From contig CM052817.1 of assembly GCA_028534125.1 (NCBI GenBank), positions 51,214,001 to 51,278,000 of the forward strand: a stretch of DNA of 64,000 bases. The letters run 5' to 3'. The stretch is from Lama glama (taxonomy: Eukaryota). This document shows positions 1-14,230 of this stretch, one piece after another (positions within the stretch are counted from its first letter, which is position 1; each line of letters starts with the position of its first letter). The position numbers and the translations under genes were made by a program. The notes under the pieces were generated by a model that saw only the letters and a list, made by a program, of their open reading frames with translations, searched no databases and was not told the DNA's origin.

Positions 1-1270
1 TTATAAATTTCCTAGAAGAAAAAAATAGGCAAAACATTTTCTGACAAATCTTAGCAATGTTCTCCTCAGGCAGCATACCCAGGCAAAAGAAATAAAAGCA
101 AAAAATATACAAATGGGACTTAATTAAACTTATAAGCTTTTGTACAGCAAAGGGAATCATAAAGAAACAATAAAAAAGACAGCCTAGGAAATGGGTGAAA
201 ATAGTTACAAATGATGCAACTGACAAGGGCTTAATTTCTAGAATATATAAACAGCTCATACAACTTCATAACAAAACAAAACAAAACAAAGAACCCAATC
301 CAAAAATGGGCATAAAATGTAAACAAGTAATTCTCCAATGAAGACATACAAATGGCTAAAGAGGCACATGAAAAAATGCTCAATATCTCTAAATATCAGA
401 GAAATGCAAATCAAAACTACAATGAGGTATCACCTCACACCAGTCAGAATAGCCATCATTCAAAAGTCCCTCCCAAATGATACACGCTGGAGGGGGTGTA
501 GAGAAAAAGGAATCCTCCTACATTGCTGGTGGGAATGTAGTTTGGTGCAGCCATTATGGAAAACAGTATGGAGACTCCTCAAAAGACTAACAATAGACTT
601 ACCACATGATCTAGCAATCCTACTCCTGGGCATATATCCAGAGGGAACCTTAATTCAAAAAGATATATGCACCCCAATATTCACAGCAGCACTATTTACA
701 ATAGCCAAGACATAGAAACAACCTAAATGTCCACAGACAAATGAATAGATAAAGAAGTTGTGGTATATTTATACAATGGAATACTACTCAGCCATAAAAA
801 AGAATAAAATAAAGCCATTTGCAGAAACATGGATAGACCTGGAGATCTTCACTCTAAGTGAAGTAAGCCAGAAAGAGAAAGAAGCATACCATATGATATT
901 ACTCATATGTGGAATCCCCCTCCCCCAAAAAAAGACACTCATGAGCTTATTAACAAAATAGAAACAGACTCACAGACATAGAAAACAAACTTAAGGTTAC
1001 CAGCGAGGAAAGGGGGTAAGAAGAGATAAACTGAGATTCGAGATTTGCAAATACTAACTACTATATATAAAATAGATAAACAACAACTTTCTTCTGTATA
1101 GCACAGGGAACTGTAAGATTCAATATCTTATAGTAATCTATAATGAAAAAGAATGTGAAAAGGAATATATATATGTACATATATAACTGAAGCATTATAT
1201 TGTACACCAGAAATCGACACAACATTGTAAAATGACTATAAAACATAAATAAACAAAGTAGAGAAAAAAA
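1..1270 (+). mobile_element. LINE-1 3' portion (disrupted ORF2 C-terminus, 3' UTR, A-rich tail), lineage-specific; runs off the window start
   Basis: ORF 338-715 has [15 protein letters not shown] and [15 protein letters not shown], and ORF 758-961 has MWYIYTMEYYSAIKKN, both classic ORF2 C-terminal motifs split by stops. The 3' UTR ends gaaatcgacacaacattgtaaaatgactata plus an A-rich tail. Confidence 0.97.
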
Positions 1271-4200
1271 GAATTAGCCATTTGGAATGTTTAATAGTTT
1301 TGGAGTTCAGGATTATCCAACAAGCACAGCAAGAGATATTGAAAACTCAGTAAATCACTGATTACTGTTACTTTGTGACAACTGATTCAGGAGAATGTAC
1401 ATGAAAATATAGGAAATTTTAGCATGGGCTAATCTACTCTGAAGGCAGTTTTTAATTTTTCTCTAAGACTAATGAAATGTAACTGCCTTTGATCTGTATC
1501 TTTAGTGCTTTGTGAGTATCGCTAACTTGGAATTTTACAATTATTTTCACAAATACACAGAAAGTGAATGAATCTGGGTTTTCAGTAAAGCATATGCTAC
1601 AACTTTTCCTAAAGGTCCCTCTAATTCTTTCTCATAGAGCTTTGATTTTACCCTAACCTGAGATTTACTATAACCACAGCAAAATTCTACCAGTGTTTTG
1701 TTGACCCAAACAAAATCTTGGCATCAATCCATCTAAGGCAACATATATAAAACAAAATTACCTTGATGGAAAGATCATATTTAAGCCTGTATGGAAACCA
1801 CCTTTAGCAAATTTATTATGACTCTGATTGTGTCTTACATATAGGAACTTCCATGGGTTTGTGGGGATTATTATATGGACTAGGAAGAAAACTAAGACAA
1901 GCTACAACCACCGTGTATAATCAAGCATCCTGCAGGAGGCTGCCTGGGAGGCAGCCAAGCTATGGCTTTGTGCAGTGGAGGTCTCACAGCATTGTATTTC
2001 CATTACTATGCCCATCACATACAGACATAAAGATAATTGGGTCTCACACACAACTTTCTAAGTCCAAGTTTCCCTATATGCAGAATATGGTTATTGGTCC
2101 TATGTTTTCTCACAGAGCTGCTTTGCTCGTTAATGAGATCATGACTACCACTTCCTTTGAGCTCTTTGAACTAAAGAACTCTGTAAATAAAAGACCCTAT
2201 TATTTCACCACTCTTGTTACTCACTAAAGAAACAGTCCCTGAAAATACAGCCTTTCACTTGCTCTGTGTGTAAAATCTCCATTGCCTGCAATGGGAGGGT
2301 TTGTGTGGCATAATTACAGGAATCTGCCTGCTCTGCAGAGTATTGTACAGTAGCGTTCTAAAACATTTCTGAAGAAAAGAGATGCTAACATCCACCCACA
2401 TTTCACCTAACACTGCTAATGCAAAACCCTGACTCCAGATGTCTACAATTTGTTTCCAAAAAAAGCCTCCTCTTGGGATACTCTGAAGTTTAAATGTTGA
2501 AAAATTGTCCCTGAAGAATAGATATTAAGGTTTAACCAGTAACTCTACCAGTACTTTTGAGACTCTTTACTGGGTTTTTATCTAATTTTGTTTAGGGGCT
2601 CTCTTTTTTGTACTCTTTTGAATAGAGAGAGATTTACAACACTGGCAGTGCAATTAATCCCGACAGGCCTAAGAGTTTTTTTCCCCATTTTCCTATTTTT
2701 CTTCAGTTTATAAAAGACTAAATTGATGATGAATAGAGATAAAACAATAACATTAATTCATGTAGTTTTCTACATCTCCAGTGCTATTAAATTACATCAT
2801 GAATGCATTTTCTTACAGTGATTTAAATGAAAAAATGTAGAATATAATCTCATAATGGACAAATGATATATATTTATATGGTATTTTAAAAAATCATGTA
2901 ACACTATGTATAAGAGTGTGCTGCAAGAGATTTTCAATTATTTTAGTTTAATATTAATATATTCTATGTAATTACTAATACACCATAGCTTTGTGCTATT
3001 TTTTCTATAAATAAGTTTAGTTAAAATATTAAATGACCTTATTGATATCCATTTATTTGCATTATTCTAATTCCTGGACATTTGTGGCCAAGATTTATTT
3101 ATAGATTCTCTCTATACAACTTATTGGCTTAAGTATTCTAAGAAGGGCTTATTTTATATCCATAATTTCAGTATTTCCTTCCTGTAATTCTTACTATTTC
3201 AAATGCATTTTGACTTAGTATTCAATCTTGTGATGGACAATCTGTAATGAGCTATAAGAGCTCATTTATATTTGGGCATATTGAGAATGACTTGGAAGTA
3301 GTCAGCTTTCTAAAACCCATTCCTAAAACTAGGCATCCTGCATTCAGTCCGCTTGTTTGTTTTTGTACCTCTAAAGCTAAAAACTCTTTTCACATACATA
3401 GAAATTAATGAATGTGAATTATTAGGAAGTAACAGAAATAAAGATAAAATCTAATTCAGTTTTTATAAATATAAATACCACATCTTAATGTTCTATGAAG
3501 ACACTCACATCAGTTCTCTTCATTTTGTGCAATCTGTTTTTGTATTTGCTTTTCCCATCTCCTTCCTCTTTCTATCCCTATTTTAACTCACTTGAACACG
3601 CTGTAATAAGGTACATTTTTGGTAATGGAATAACAATTAAACTTACTTCACTTCTTGAGCCTCTAAATATTCAATGAATAGTTAAAATCCACTAGTTGTA
3701 ATTTTTTCCTAAAGTCGGTATTAACATATACATATGCAATATAAAATACACAAGTATATATATTATATATATTAGATGTATAGTTAAAATAAACACATTA
3801 TCCAGTATAGAAAAATGCTGCACAGCCAGGGTTACTGAAATATTTGCACTTGCCTTTGTGTGTGCACGCACTCATACATATTTGCTTCACAATCCATTTT
3901 ACATAGACTTTAAAACAAACATTACAGTAATTCTAGTGGTCCAATTTTCTCCAGGAAATCATCAGCTCTGTTACAGATTACATACACTGTAAAACATGTC
4001 CAAATAGTAAAATGATGTTTTCCATCACAGCATACAATTATTAGTACTTCAAAAATGTACTTCCTTTTATAAATAAACTCATCAACACAGGAGTGAAAAA
4101 AAAAGATGTAAGAAACAAGAAGTATAATTTTAGATGTGAAATTCTTCTAAAGTGATAATATTTGTCCACATGTTACTTATATTTTTAGTAATTGTTGTTA

Positions 4201-4416
4201 TTTTCCTGACTAAAAGTAACATAATCATACACAATGCATGTTTCTGCGATACCACAGGCGTTTCAGAAATACTAAATGGGCCTTTTCTCCACTGACATGA
4301 AATGTCTTTTTTCATTCATTAAATTCCCAAACAGGCATGTTTCTATTCCTTATTTCCATGCATTTTTTCTTTTTTATGTATTTACCACCAACTTGCAAAT
4401 TTCAGGCTTGATTCCA

Positions 4417-4420
<4 letters not shown>

Positions 4421-4446
<26 letters not shown>
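4421..4446. repeat. (TG)13 microsatellite
   Basis: Perfect TG run read directly. Confidence 0.98.
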
Positions 4447-4447
<1 letters not shown>

Positions 4448-4599
4448 CGAGGGGATGGCGCTCCTATGTCAAAATAACAAGAGAATTATAGTGGCTTTAA
4501 CAGAGAGCAAACTTTGGAATCATTCCCTCCTCTCTGAGTGAGAAAACACATAAACTATTAATTAATTACGGTCAGGGAAATTAATACCATTTACCCTTA

Positions 4600-4850
4600 C
4601 TCTGTTATCTTCCATTTTCCAGGCATACAAGAAATGCAGACTTCTTAGTCTTCTCAAAGCAGGATGAATCATGTTAACAGTTCTAGTCAATTATATATAA
4701 ACAGAAATGACATGTGACACTTCAAGTAGAGAACTGTGAGCCAGTGAGGAGACAACAGGGAAAATGGGCTGAGGTTACAAAGTTGTAGATAGAATTGGCC
4801 TGGATCCTTATGTCATTGCATAGAAGAGAGAGCCTTAGGAGCTGCAGAAT
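4600..4850 (+). mobile_element. Degenerate MaLR (MLT1-like) LTR fragment
   Basis: catgttaacagttctagtcaatt...cagaaatgacatgtgacacttc resembles the recalled MLT1 core catgtgactagttctggccaatg...gaagtgatgtgtgtcacttcc. Confidence 0.45.
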
Positions 4851-5499
4851 AAATCTTTACATCTGCTTATCCTAGCATGTTTTGACATATATAACTCAAA
4901 TGTCTATCTATATCCTGCACATACAGATTCTACTGCACCCCATCATGTAACCATTCCACAGATATATGAGGAAAACTCATCTGTTTTAGAAATTTCCCTG
5001 TAAGCAGTTGGGGTTCAAGAAAATCATTCTCTATATTTTCACTCTTCTACCTTTGGCATTCCTTTAATTTACATAACTTTTTCTTTACCTAGATTTACCA
5101 GCATTCATGTTCTCATGTTGAATTATGACAGAGAAAAGATTCTCTCTTTGTAACACTTTAGGTCAATGTCTCATAATTGAATTTTTCAGATTTATTTTGT
5201 TCACATACTAAATTCTAAGTCAAAAACCAAAGCTGACAAGATGAGATAGAGAAAATATCATATGACGAATGAAGAATTGTTCATGTGGTCATCCTTGGTC
5301 TAGTCAGTGTGAGACAGATTTGATGTGCTGATTGTCCAGACCTGGATCCCACACTAATACCTGGAACATGCGCAGGGAAGCTGGTACTCTCAACTGCAGG
5401 GACTCAAAGTGACTGGTGTGTCAAAGAAAATACTGAAATACCAATCCAGATCTAATAACATTAATTCTGGAAGGAAAGGATGCCTAGGGGTCTCCCGTA

Positions 5500-7060
5500 T
5501 TATAATTTATCATATCAAAATGAAATAAGATGATAAATACGAATTTATAATTATAAAGGTGAAGAAAATTATTAGTCTTTATACCACACACATTGTCTAA
5601 CTGAAAAAAATTATCATTTAAAAAAACAACTAGAATTGAAAGCTTCTTATAATTTCCAGGTTATAATATAAATAAAAACAGTCTTCATGAACTTGGAATA
5701 GGCAAGTAGTGTGGAGTACTACTGACAATGCAAAATCATAAAACACCTCAAAAAGAAATGCAAATTTACTACAAGTCCAAAACTTCAAAATGTTAAGGAG
5801 AGTCATGAAAAATATTTTACCAAAAGGAAGCACTGCATTATGCGTGGGTGTAGCAAACACTATTGAGATATTAATTTCCCCAATTTTGTTGAAGTTTAAT
5901 AAAACCACAATAAAAGTCCCCTAAAATTGGGATATGGGGGAGGGGTATGTGAAAACTGGACATGGACAGATTTTAAATTTCATCTATATGAATAAGAACA
6001 TAAGGGGGAAAACAGGACAGATTAGCATTATCAGATATTAAAGAGCATATTAAGTCTAAAATACTTGAATAATTGTCTTCCTGAAACATTAATAAACAGA
6101 GAATGAAACAGTGTAGAAAGTTCCAAAACAAAGTATTATATACATGTATACACACACGTAATGTGTGTGTGCGTATATATGCTGAATGATGAATAATGAA
6201 TAATAACAAAGCACTTCAAAACAGTGTAGTTAACTCAAAGAAAATGGATACCCTTTGAAAAAGTATAATTAAAATTAATGCCTATTTCAAACCATATATA
6301 AAATTCAATTTTAGATATATTAAGGATTAAAATAAAGCATAAAATACTTTAAAATGTAATTTAGATATTTTAAAGTAAACAAATACAGAAAGATAAAAGA
6401 AAAAATATATATGTGATTATATAAAGTAGTAATTTTCTACACAAATTTCATAAAAAGCAATCAGAAAAATAAACATAAAATATGTATCATGCAAATTATT
6501 AATACCCTTAATAAACTGATTCTACAACCTAATTCAAAAATAACAAAAAGACAAAACTAAAACTATGCAAAAGGAAATTCTGAAGACCAACAATATTAAA
6601 AATGGTAGCACCAATTATAGTTACAAATGAAAACAAAGGAGATAAATTTTTTCATTTAATACATTGATAAAATATGCCTACACACATAAACAAAATATTC
6701 CAGTATCAGTTTGGGAATAGTGACAGTGTCACTATGATACACTATGAGTCAGAGTATAAATTTTCTTAGTATTTATAGAAAGCAACAAGGCAACATCTAT
6801 GAAAATCATTAGATACATAGTTACATTAAGATCAGTAATCACACTTCCAGAAATATGTTCTGAAGACATTTTCCATGATATTGGTTAGTGGTGAACTACT
6901 TATGGTTGCAAGAAAGAAGAACAATCTAAATTCTAACAGGAAATAATTACTTAAATGAAATTTTTTTTGGTATGCAGTGGAACATAATATAGTCCGTAAA
7001 ATAATGTCTTAGCAAAACAATTAATGAAATGTTCAAACTGCATTCTGAATTTGAAAGCAT
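5500..7060 (+). mobile_element. Ancient, highly diverged L1 (L1ME-like) ORF2 3' half
   Basis: A-rich, with colinear remnants of ORF2 (tatttcaaaccatatataaaattcaattttagatatattaagga; agtaatcacacttccagaaatatg; gcagtggaacataatatagtc). No intact frame. Confidence 0.6.
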
Positions 7061-8489
7061 TATCTGAATAAGATGTCAACTCTGAAAAAATTATATCATG
7101 CATTAACCAATATCTCCAGGCCCAAATGAGGCCATATTAACTACTCAAAGATATATTCTAATATTTTAAAAATCAATTATCTATATCTGTATCTATACCA
7201 ATTGACCTCTCTCTCCTTAACAAAATATTTCCCAGTATTTCTGTTACTCATGGGACTGTCTCATGAACAAGTCTCATGAAAATTGGTAGTCATGAACAAC
7301 TGCCCTTCAGATGGCCACTGTGTCTACCTCCCAGCGCTCCCTTACACAAAACCAATTCCTGACCTTTTCAACGGCTTTCTCAAGGTGGCAGTCAGAGCTT
7401 GTCAGGATCACTGTCTATGAACCATCACTTGGCAGGTAAGCAGCTTCTTCTTGGTACTGGAGTTCCCACCTGATGCCTAGCTGCATGGAGGTATATTTGC
7501 TTTGTGGAAACCTTTACCTTTACCACAAATATGCACTTGCTTCATATCTTAGCAAATTTCTTCATAATAGAATTTAAGTTTTCACTCTTGCATTTGGAAA
7601 CACACAGACAAAAGGCACAGAGCAATTCCATATTAATCAAATTATATGTAGATATAATTTCAGCATATATCAGAAGCTTTTATGATAGAAACATTAGTTT
7701 TACATTAGATTTTCTTCATATATTCATGTTGCTCTCTGGGTATTATTCAATTGTACAGATTGGTGATTTTAAACTAATAAGCCATTGCAAGTTTCTGAAG
7801 AGACTAGTTTTATTGAGATGCTGAATTTTCTCTACAAAAAAGAAGGGAATTTCTGAAGGTATAGTCCTGCATTTAATTTACTGGAATAAAAAGTTACAAA
7901 ATAATTTTTCAAAATGTAACCTAACAAGTTTTCCTATTTTCCATATTAAAATTTAAAGTATAGGAAAATCAAACCAAATAGCAGTGATTACATTATTGCT
8001 TTGAAAATAGCTAGTCTCCAGTAGTAATTGCATATTTAACTTAAAAAAAAAAAAGGTATTCCATTACGCGGCACTTCACACTAAATGCGGCCAATTAATG
8101 GTATGTAGAACACTAAGCTTCAAAATCCCTCTAATACTTCAGTCATTTTGCAAGAACGTGTTAGAAAAATAACACTTTAAAATACATATTACCTCAACAA
8201 TCTAAAATATTCAATTAAAAAGAAATCACAATGATTTTCGTAGATTAAAATCATTTTGTACATTTTGATTCTGGAAAGTTGTAATTGTAATATACAATCA
8301 AAAACCTTCTGGATCTTCTGAGTTAGTAACCAGTCTTTCCCAATGAAGTGATCCAAACAAGTACTGACAGTACTTCAGAGTTGGCTCGCAAGAAGAAACT
8401 CATTTGCCAAAAGAAACTGTATTCCTTTAATGAGTGCCCACTGTATGTAAAGTTTATTTCTAAGTGCTTATAAAGAATTAAGAAATTTA

Positions 8490-8670
8490 ATAGTAATAAA
8501 AGCACTGAGTAAGAAATATTATAATCTCCATTTTACAGACAAAGAAACTGAGGCAGAGAGGTTTAGTGATTTGCCAGAGGTTACTGTCCCAGTAAGGGAC
8601 AGAGATAGACATCCAGGCAGGTTATCTGGATGCAGAGTTCATACTCTCAATCCCTGCACTAGATGACTTC
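8490..8670 (-). mobile_element. MIR SINE
   Basis: Reverse MIR core ccattttacagacaaagaaactgaggcagagaggtttagtgatttgcc. Confidence 0.9.
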
Positions 8671-9129
8671 TTCATGACAATGACAGGCCAGATTTAAGTA
8701 CTTCTTGCTTCCTTTCGCTATGTCATAACCTGTGTAGCTCAGTGCAGTCCCCATTACTCCCCTCACTACTCCTCACTTCTCACGAGGGTCAAAAAAGTAT
8801 GCTTGCATTTCTACTTACACATGTAAAGCTGATATATTTCAATATCTATCTATCTACAATTTCTTTATGGATGTAAAGACATTATTTCCACTAAAATAAG
8901 AAAAAGCCTGCTCTATATTATTAGGATGGCCACTGTCAACACTTAAATTTGTAATCCTTACTTCCATCTTTCCAAATATTCCATTTTTTTTCATTTAGTC
9001 AACATCTTTCTCTTCAACCTCTGAGAGATAAGAATTATAAGACTTTTCCTTCAGCCAACATCCCTTCCCACTTCTGAGTTTTCTTCTCTTTTCTTTTTAA
9101 ATGTTTTTTAGCCCTAATGTACAACACTT

Positions 9130-9370
9130 GAACTACTTCACTTCTGTTGCATCATCATTCCAGCCCATTGTACTTATTCTGCAATGGATTGTTTCATACA
9201 CTGAATTGTGTCCCAGTCTGTAGTCTTGTCACTTCCTATTCTTTTCCTACAGTGCTGACAGAGTGATCTTTCAAAATGCAAATCTGATCATGTTGTCCAC
9301 TGCTTATAACATTCTGTGGCTGTCTAGGGCCTACAGAATGAAGGGCAAGTGTTTTAGTACTTAGTACACA
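9130..9370 (+). mobile_element. L2 fragment
   Basis: cagagtgatctttcaaaatgcaaatctgatcatg is a hallmark L2 motif. Confidence 0.8.
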
Positions 9371-11144
9371 TTCCAAACTCTGTCACTCAGCTTGTGACTA
9401 AAACAGGACTCAGTCTCAGTGTATAAAATTGATTTAACACTGAATCTTTTGAATAGAGAGACTTTATGTTTCAATTTTACAGACTTCCTTGACATTTTAA
9501 TAGTTTCAGTGTCTGTTCCTTTTAATCTGTGAAAATATAACAAATTTAGAATATGCAGTCTTAATGATATGTAAACATTTTCTCTGCAGAATTTTTAAGA
9601 CTGCCTTAGAAAGAATCCAAACACCTATGAATTATTTCTATATATTTAATGACAGTGGGTTTTATAGGAACATGATAATATGTATTTTAAACCTCAGTTT
9701 TCTATGAAAGATCCCCCTATTGCTTAGAAGCTGCCTCAGAAAAGACCGTGTATTTGTTTATTATCTTCTTTAATCAGACACTTCAGATCTTTAGGGGCTA
9801 GAATGAAACGATTTTGGCGGGGGGTGAAATTACTTTTTAACCTGGAATGTGACAACTTTACTATTTCAAGCCCACATATTTGTATTTGGGCAGCTGAGGA
9901 AGCAGGCTTGTGTCTAGGCTTTTGTGAGTGGTGCTGGCATGTCTGTCATCTTGTTTGTGGCCCTTCAGTCAGAACTGGTCTGCCATAATTCTCACAGTGG
10001 AAACCAGAATATAAGCAAGTCCCTGCTAGCACTGCCTACTCAGTCAGGCCATTCTCCCATTTCCTCATAGGATCTGCTATTACTTTTTCATCTTGCAATT
10101 TCTGTGAACTCATGCTTTTACATCTCTGCCTCTAGAATTTACATAAATAACACCCTATGTTTAATCAGCAGGTATAAATACTCTATTCCAGACAGCCCAC
10201 CTAATTTTTCTCTCAACATTCTTTATTTTGTGTTCCTACAAGAATGTGACGTTTTGCTCCTTGGCTATGCCCTTAGCCTGGAAGAGGTTTTAGCAAACAG
10301 CAAACACTCAGTACTGCTGTTTTTTGAATGAATAGGTGAGTAGAAATCCCAAAGCCCTGGAAAAGATAGTCTTCTTTCACTACTTTCAGGTGTTTGAAAC
10401 CTAAACAGCATGAGCCAGTAGTTCCATGTGAGCTAGTCCCATACGAGCACAATTCCCGCTGAGCAGATGAGGAGTAACGAGCCCTTGCCTCTGCTGCAAG
10501 AGTATCCAACATTTGGTTAACTCTCATCCATTGTTCACTGGGACACAAGAAATGCAAAATGCCAGTTATAGTACTAAGCAAGAGTAGTTACATGAAAAAT
10601 GTTTCCTGATTTACGAATTGCTTCTGGGCTGTGAGAGGAACTCTGAACTTTGAGCTTCCCCTAAGGGCAGTGACTCTTGTGACTGACATGACCATTGCAA
10701 GGATCCTGCATATAGGTATGAAGCACAGAGGTTTTAAACCAGGGAAGATTCTGGATTCCATTTCATTGTATCTGAACTGTCTGCTGAATGGCTGCTGCAA
10801 GGATCTCTGATGATGAGGAATGCCTCTTGTTGGCCTGCTTTCAAGCTACAGTTTCTGGCCAATACCCTTCTGGATATACTGCCTAAGATAGCTGTGTGAA
10901 CTAGGAAAATTTCCTCATGGGAACTGCTGAAACAAAGAGTGTTTAAAATATCAGTTTCAAACTATTTTGAAATAGACATTTCAAATTTGGAAAATCAAAT
11001 AGAATATTTAAAAATTGAGATACTTTGCTAGAAATTTGAAGTCATTAGAAAGTATATAATCAATTTATCAAGTATTTTTTGATGAAATATATACATACAT
11101 GTGTGTGTAAATTCAGTCTGATACCGTCGAATTAACCTATTAAA

Positions 11145-11330
11145 GAGGGAGCATAATACAGTCTAATATCTGGGATTAAAGATCTTTGCTAAAGTCATTT
11201 AATTATCTGATTGAAAGTGTCCTCTGCTGTAGCCCTAGGGTAATAACCTGCATCTAATCCATCTACCAAGATTGTTGTAAAAATCAAAATGGGATATTGT
11301 AAGTAAAAGTCAGATGAGAATTTTAAAGCA
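11145..11330 (+). mobile_element. Degenerate MIR
   Basis: aagtcatttaattatctg...gtaataacctgc...gattgttgtaaaaatcaaaatggga resembles the MIR core and 3' end. Confidence 0.55.
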
Positions 11331-11388
11331 TTAAAGAAATATTGAAATACTATCTTGAACTGCTAACAACAGAATGTCCAAATACAAA

Positions 11389-11680
11389 CTTGTGGTTGCC
11401 AAGGGGGAGAGGGGTGGGAAGGGATAGACTAGGAGTTCAAAATTTGTAGATACTGACAGGCATATGTAGAATAGATAAACAAGATTATACTGTATAGCAC
11501 AGGAAAATATATACAAGATCTTGTGGTAGCTTACAGCAAAAAAAAAAATGTGACAATGAATATATGTATGTTCATGTATAACTGAAAAATTGAGCTCTAC
11601 ACTGGAATTTGACACAACATTGTAAAATGACTATAACTCAACTAAAAAATGTTTAAAAACATAAAAATTTAAAAAAGAGT
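11389..11680 (+). mobile_element. Young 5'-truncated L1 (3' UTR only) with 15-bp TSD
   Basis: Homologous to the 3' UTRs at about 985-1250 and 37518-37660. Direct repeat atgtccaaatacaaa at 11374-11388 and 11681-11695. A-rich tail. Confidence 0.95.
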
Positions 11681-13449
11681 ATGTCCAAATACAAAGAACT
11701 CTGAGAAATATGTTTAAAACTCTGACATGAAAGATTTTTGCACTTCAATCAAATGATATGTTTATACATTTTTCCTGTTACATTGTCAAACTGTGCATTG
11801 TATTGGCAAGTTTGATATTTACCAATGTATCTGGCTTTGGTTTAGCAGGTATCTACATATTTTACCTTTCTTATTTTAGTAACACAGTTTGAATGGGCGA
11901 CCGAATTTGGATTGTGTTCTCAACTTGGATTAAGTTAATCCAGTTTTGCTAGTGGGCCCCTCAGACCTTGTTCCTGCCATACTCCCTTGGATGACTCAGC
12001 TCTCGTGCACTAACCACCTCGAGTTTTCTATCCTAGGGCATCGCACGTTTTACACCGTCTGCAACCCTTCTCTTTCAAATGTGACTTTCTGGATCCCCAT
12101 TTTTATTATTCTCATTCCTGTGCCTTATTTTCTTCACAGTTTTTATCATCACATAATTGATTAAATGTTTATTAATTTCTATTTTAGTCTCCTCCTCTAC
12201 TATGAAGTAAATTCCATAATGGCAGCAACATTTTCTTTTCATTTGTTTTCTTTTCCAATTCATAAATGTATCATAGACCTAAGTTCCTGACAAAGAGCAG
12301 AAATTCAATATATATTCCTTGGCTTTTAGTTCAGAACAATACTGTTTAATTTACACTGGAGAAAGTCTACACTATTAGTTTGGAGTGATTCTCTACCCCA
12401 TATGATCTCTATTCTCTGGAATTTCAGCAAAGAGGCAGCTTTGGGAGCTGAGCTAGCTCACTATTAAGTTGCCCTTATGCCTTTCCCATTCTGCGGCTTA
12501 CTTTGCTAAGTTATTCTTTAAAAAAATTGTGATCAAAATGTTAGCTTCTACAATTATCAGGTAATTCTTTTCTGTGACTTAACTTTAAGAGTAACAGCTA
12601 AATAGTAAATCTTGCGTGAAATCAAGCCTTTCCAACCCAAGTTCAGTTTTCTTTCAATACTTTCAGAAGTTTTTGATGTTTACTAGAATACATAAGTCAG
12701 AGGAATAACTTTTCCTTTTCTTGTTATGTTTCTTTTCCCCTAAATGGAAACCCAGTGGTTCTAGAAAAGTTGTTCTATGTGTAGAAGTGTAGATTCCCAG
12801 AGTGCATCTATTCTAGCTATAGTTTCTCCTTAAAGAGTTAACTAGTTGATTCCAGGTATATCCTTTACAAAAGGATTCCAGAAATGCCTGACCGAAGAAG
12901 CCCTAAAAACATATGTGACAAGTTCCCCATTATTTCTCAGATTTACAGTTTATGTGATTCTCAGCATCTAGTGATACAGGTAAGGACACCTTTCTGCGTT
13001 CCTCAAACACCTGTTAACGTGTTCCATACAAACACTTGACTGTTAACATGTCCCATTCATACCTTCAGAGAAAGCTACACCATGAAATGGTCCAAGGTCT
13101 TATCAATACTCATTTAAGAACTCTGTCAGAAATAAACCAAAGAGATCTGGTAGAATTTTGTTGTCATCTATTTTTGATTACTCCTTTTGTGTGCAAGAAA
13201 CTTAAATTTCCTCTATAGTTTTATATAGTTTCCATATTGCTACACATTCTTTGAGGATTGCAAAAATGTATTCTGAGAATTTTAATCAATTTCAAATATC
13301 CTCCACCTCCCTTGAACAAAAGGGAATTTTTCTCAAAGTTGCATCTAAGTTTATGTAGTCCCACAAATGTCAAACTCTGAGAAAATAAAAGCAAGCTTGT
13401 ACTAGAAAATATAATCTCAACACATACATAAATAAAACCATGTTAGTTT

Positions 13450-14230
13450 TTTCATCTACTTATCTAATAAATATTTTACATCCACTAACTGTTCAAGAAG
13501 TTAAGTATGTAACAGCCAACAATACTAGGCTCCTGTCCTGAAGGAATGTGTTACATAGGCTATGAGATGGCAAGAAAGCAAGTGATTATAATACAGCTTG
13601 GTAAGTTGTACTATAGAGGTAAACACAGCACGTAGGCTTGGGCAGCCATAGGAGAGCCACCAAACTAGTCTTGGAAAAATAAACAAAAATATCCCTAAGG
13701 AAATAATATTTGAAAATAAATCTGAAGTAGGTAAGAGTTGCCCAAGCAGAAAGGAATTTCAAGTAGAGGGACTGTCATATGTAAATGAGGGCTGGTGAGA
13801 GAGGGGGGCCTTGTGGAATTGGAAGTCATTAAGCAGGGCAAGAGGTAGAGCTGAGAGACTGAAGAGAGGTAGAGCTGGAGATGCAAGCCTAGGTCAAAGA
13901 ATAAAGAATTCCTAGATCATTTTAATGAGTCAAATCTAAAACTAAAAATAATGCAAAGCCACTGAAGACTTCTGAGCATCAGGGTCATACAACTGAAGCT
14001 GAAATATTGAGTGACCACTCTGACTACAGTGTGGAAACATCTTGAAGGGTAGGCAGCCTGAGGAAGAGAGATCAGATAGGCAGTTGTTGAAATAAGTCAA
14101 GTCACATGGGATTATGGATTAAAACAATTCAATGGAAGTGAAAGTGAGAGAAAGGGAGGGGGCAAGCAAAGGGAGAGAGACTTGAGAAGTTTAAAGAAGT
14201 GGTGGGGATAAGTCTTAATAATTGATCAGC
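13450..14230 (-). mobile_element. L2 fragment
   Basis: Reverse L2 motifs: aagccactgaagacttctgagca, gaccactctgactacagtgtgga, gagatcagataggcagttgttgaaataagtcaag. Confidence 0.8.

Noticed and set aside
338..961. ORFs of 125 aa and 67 aa as host genes
   Set aside because: They are stop-interrupted fragments of L1 ORF2.
1853..2227. 124-aa ORF
   Set aside because: No recognisable homology or domain.
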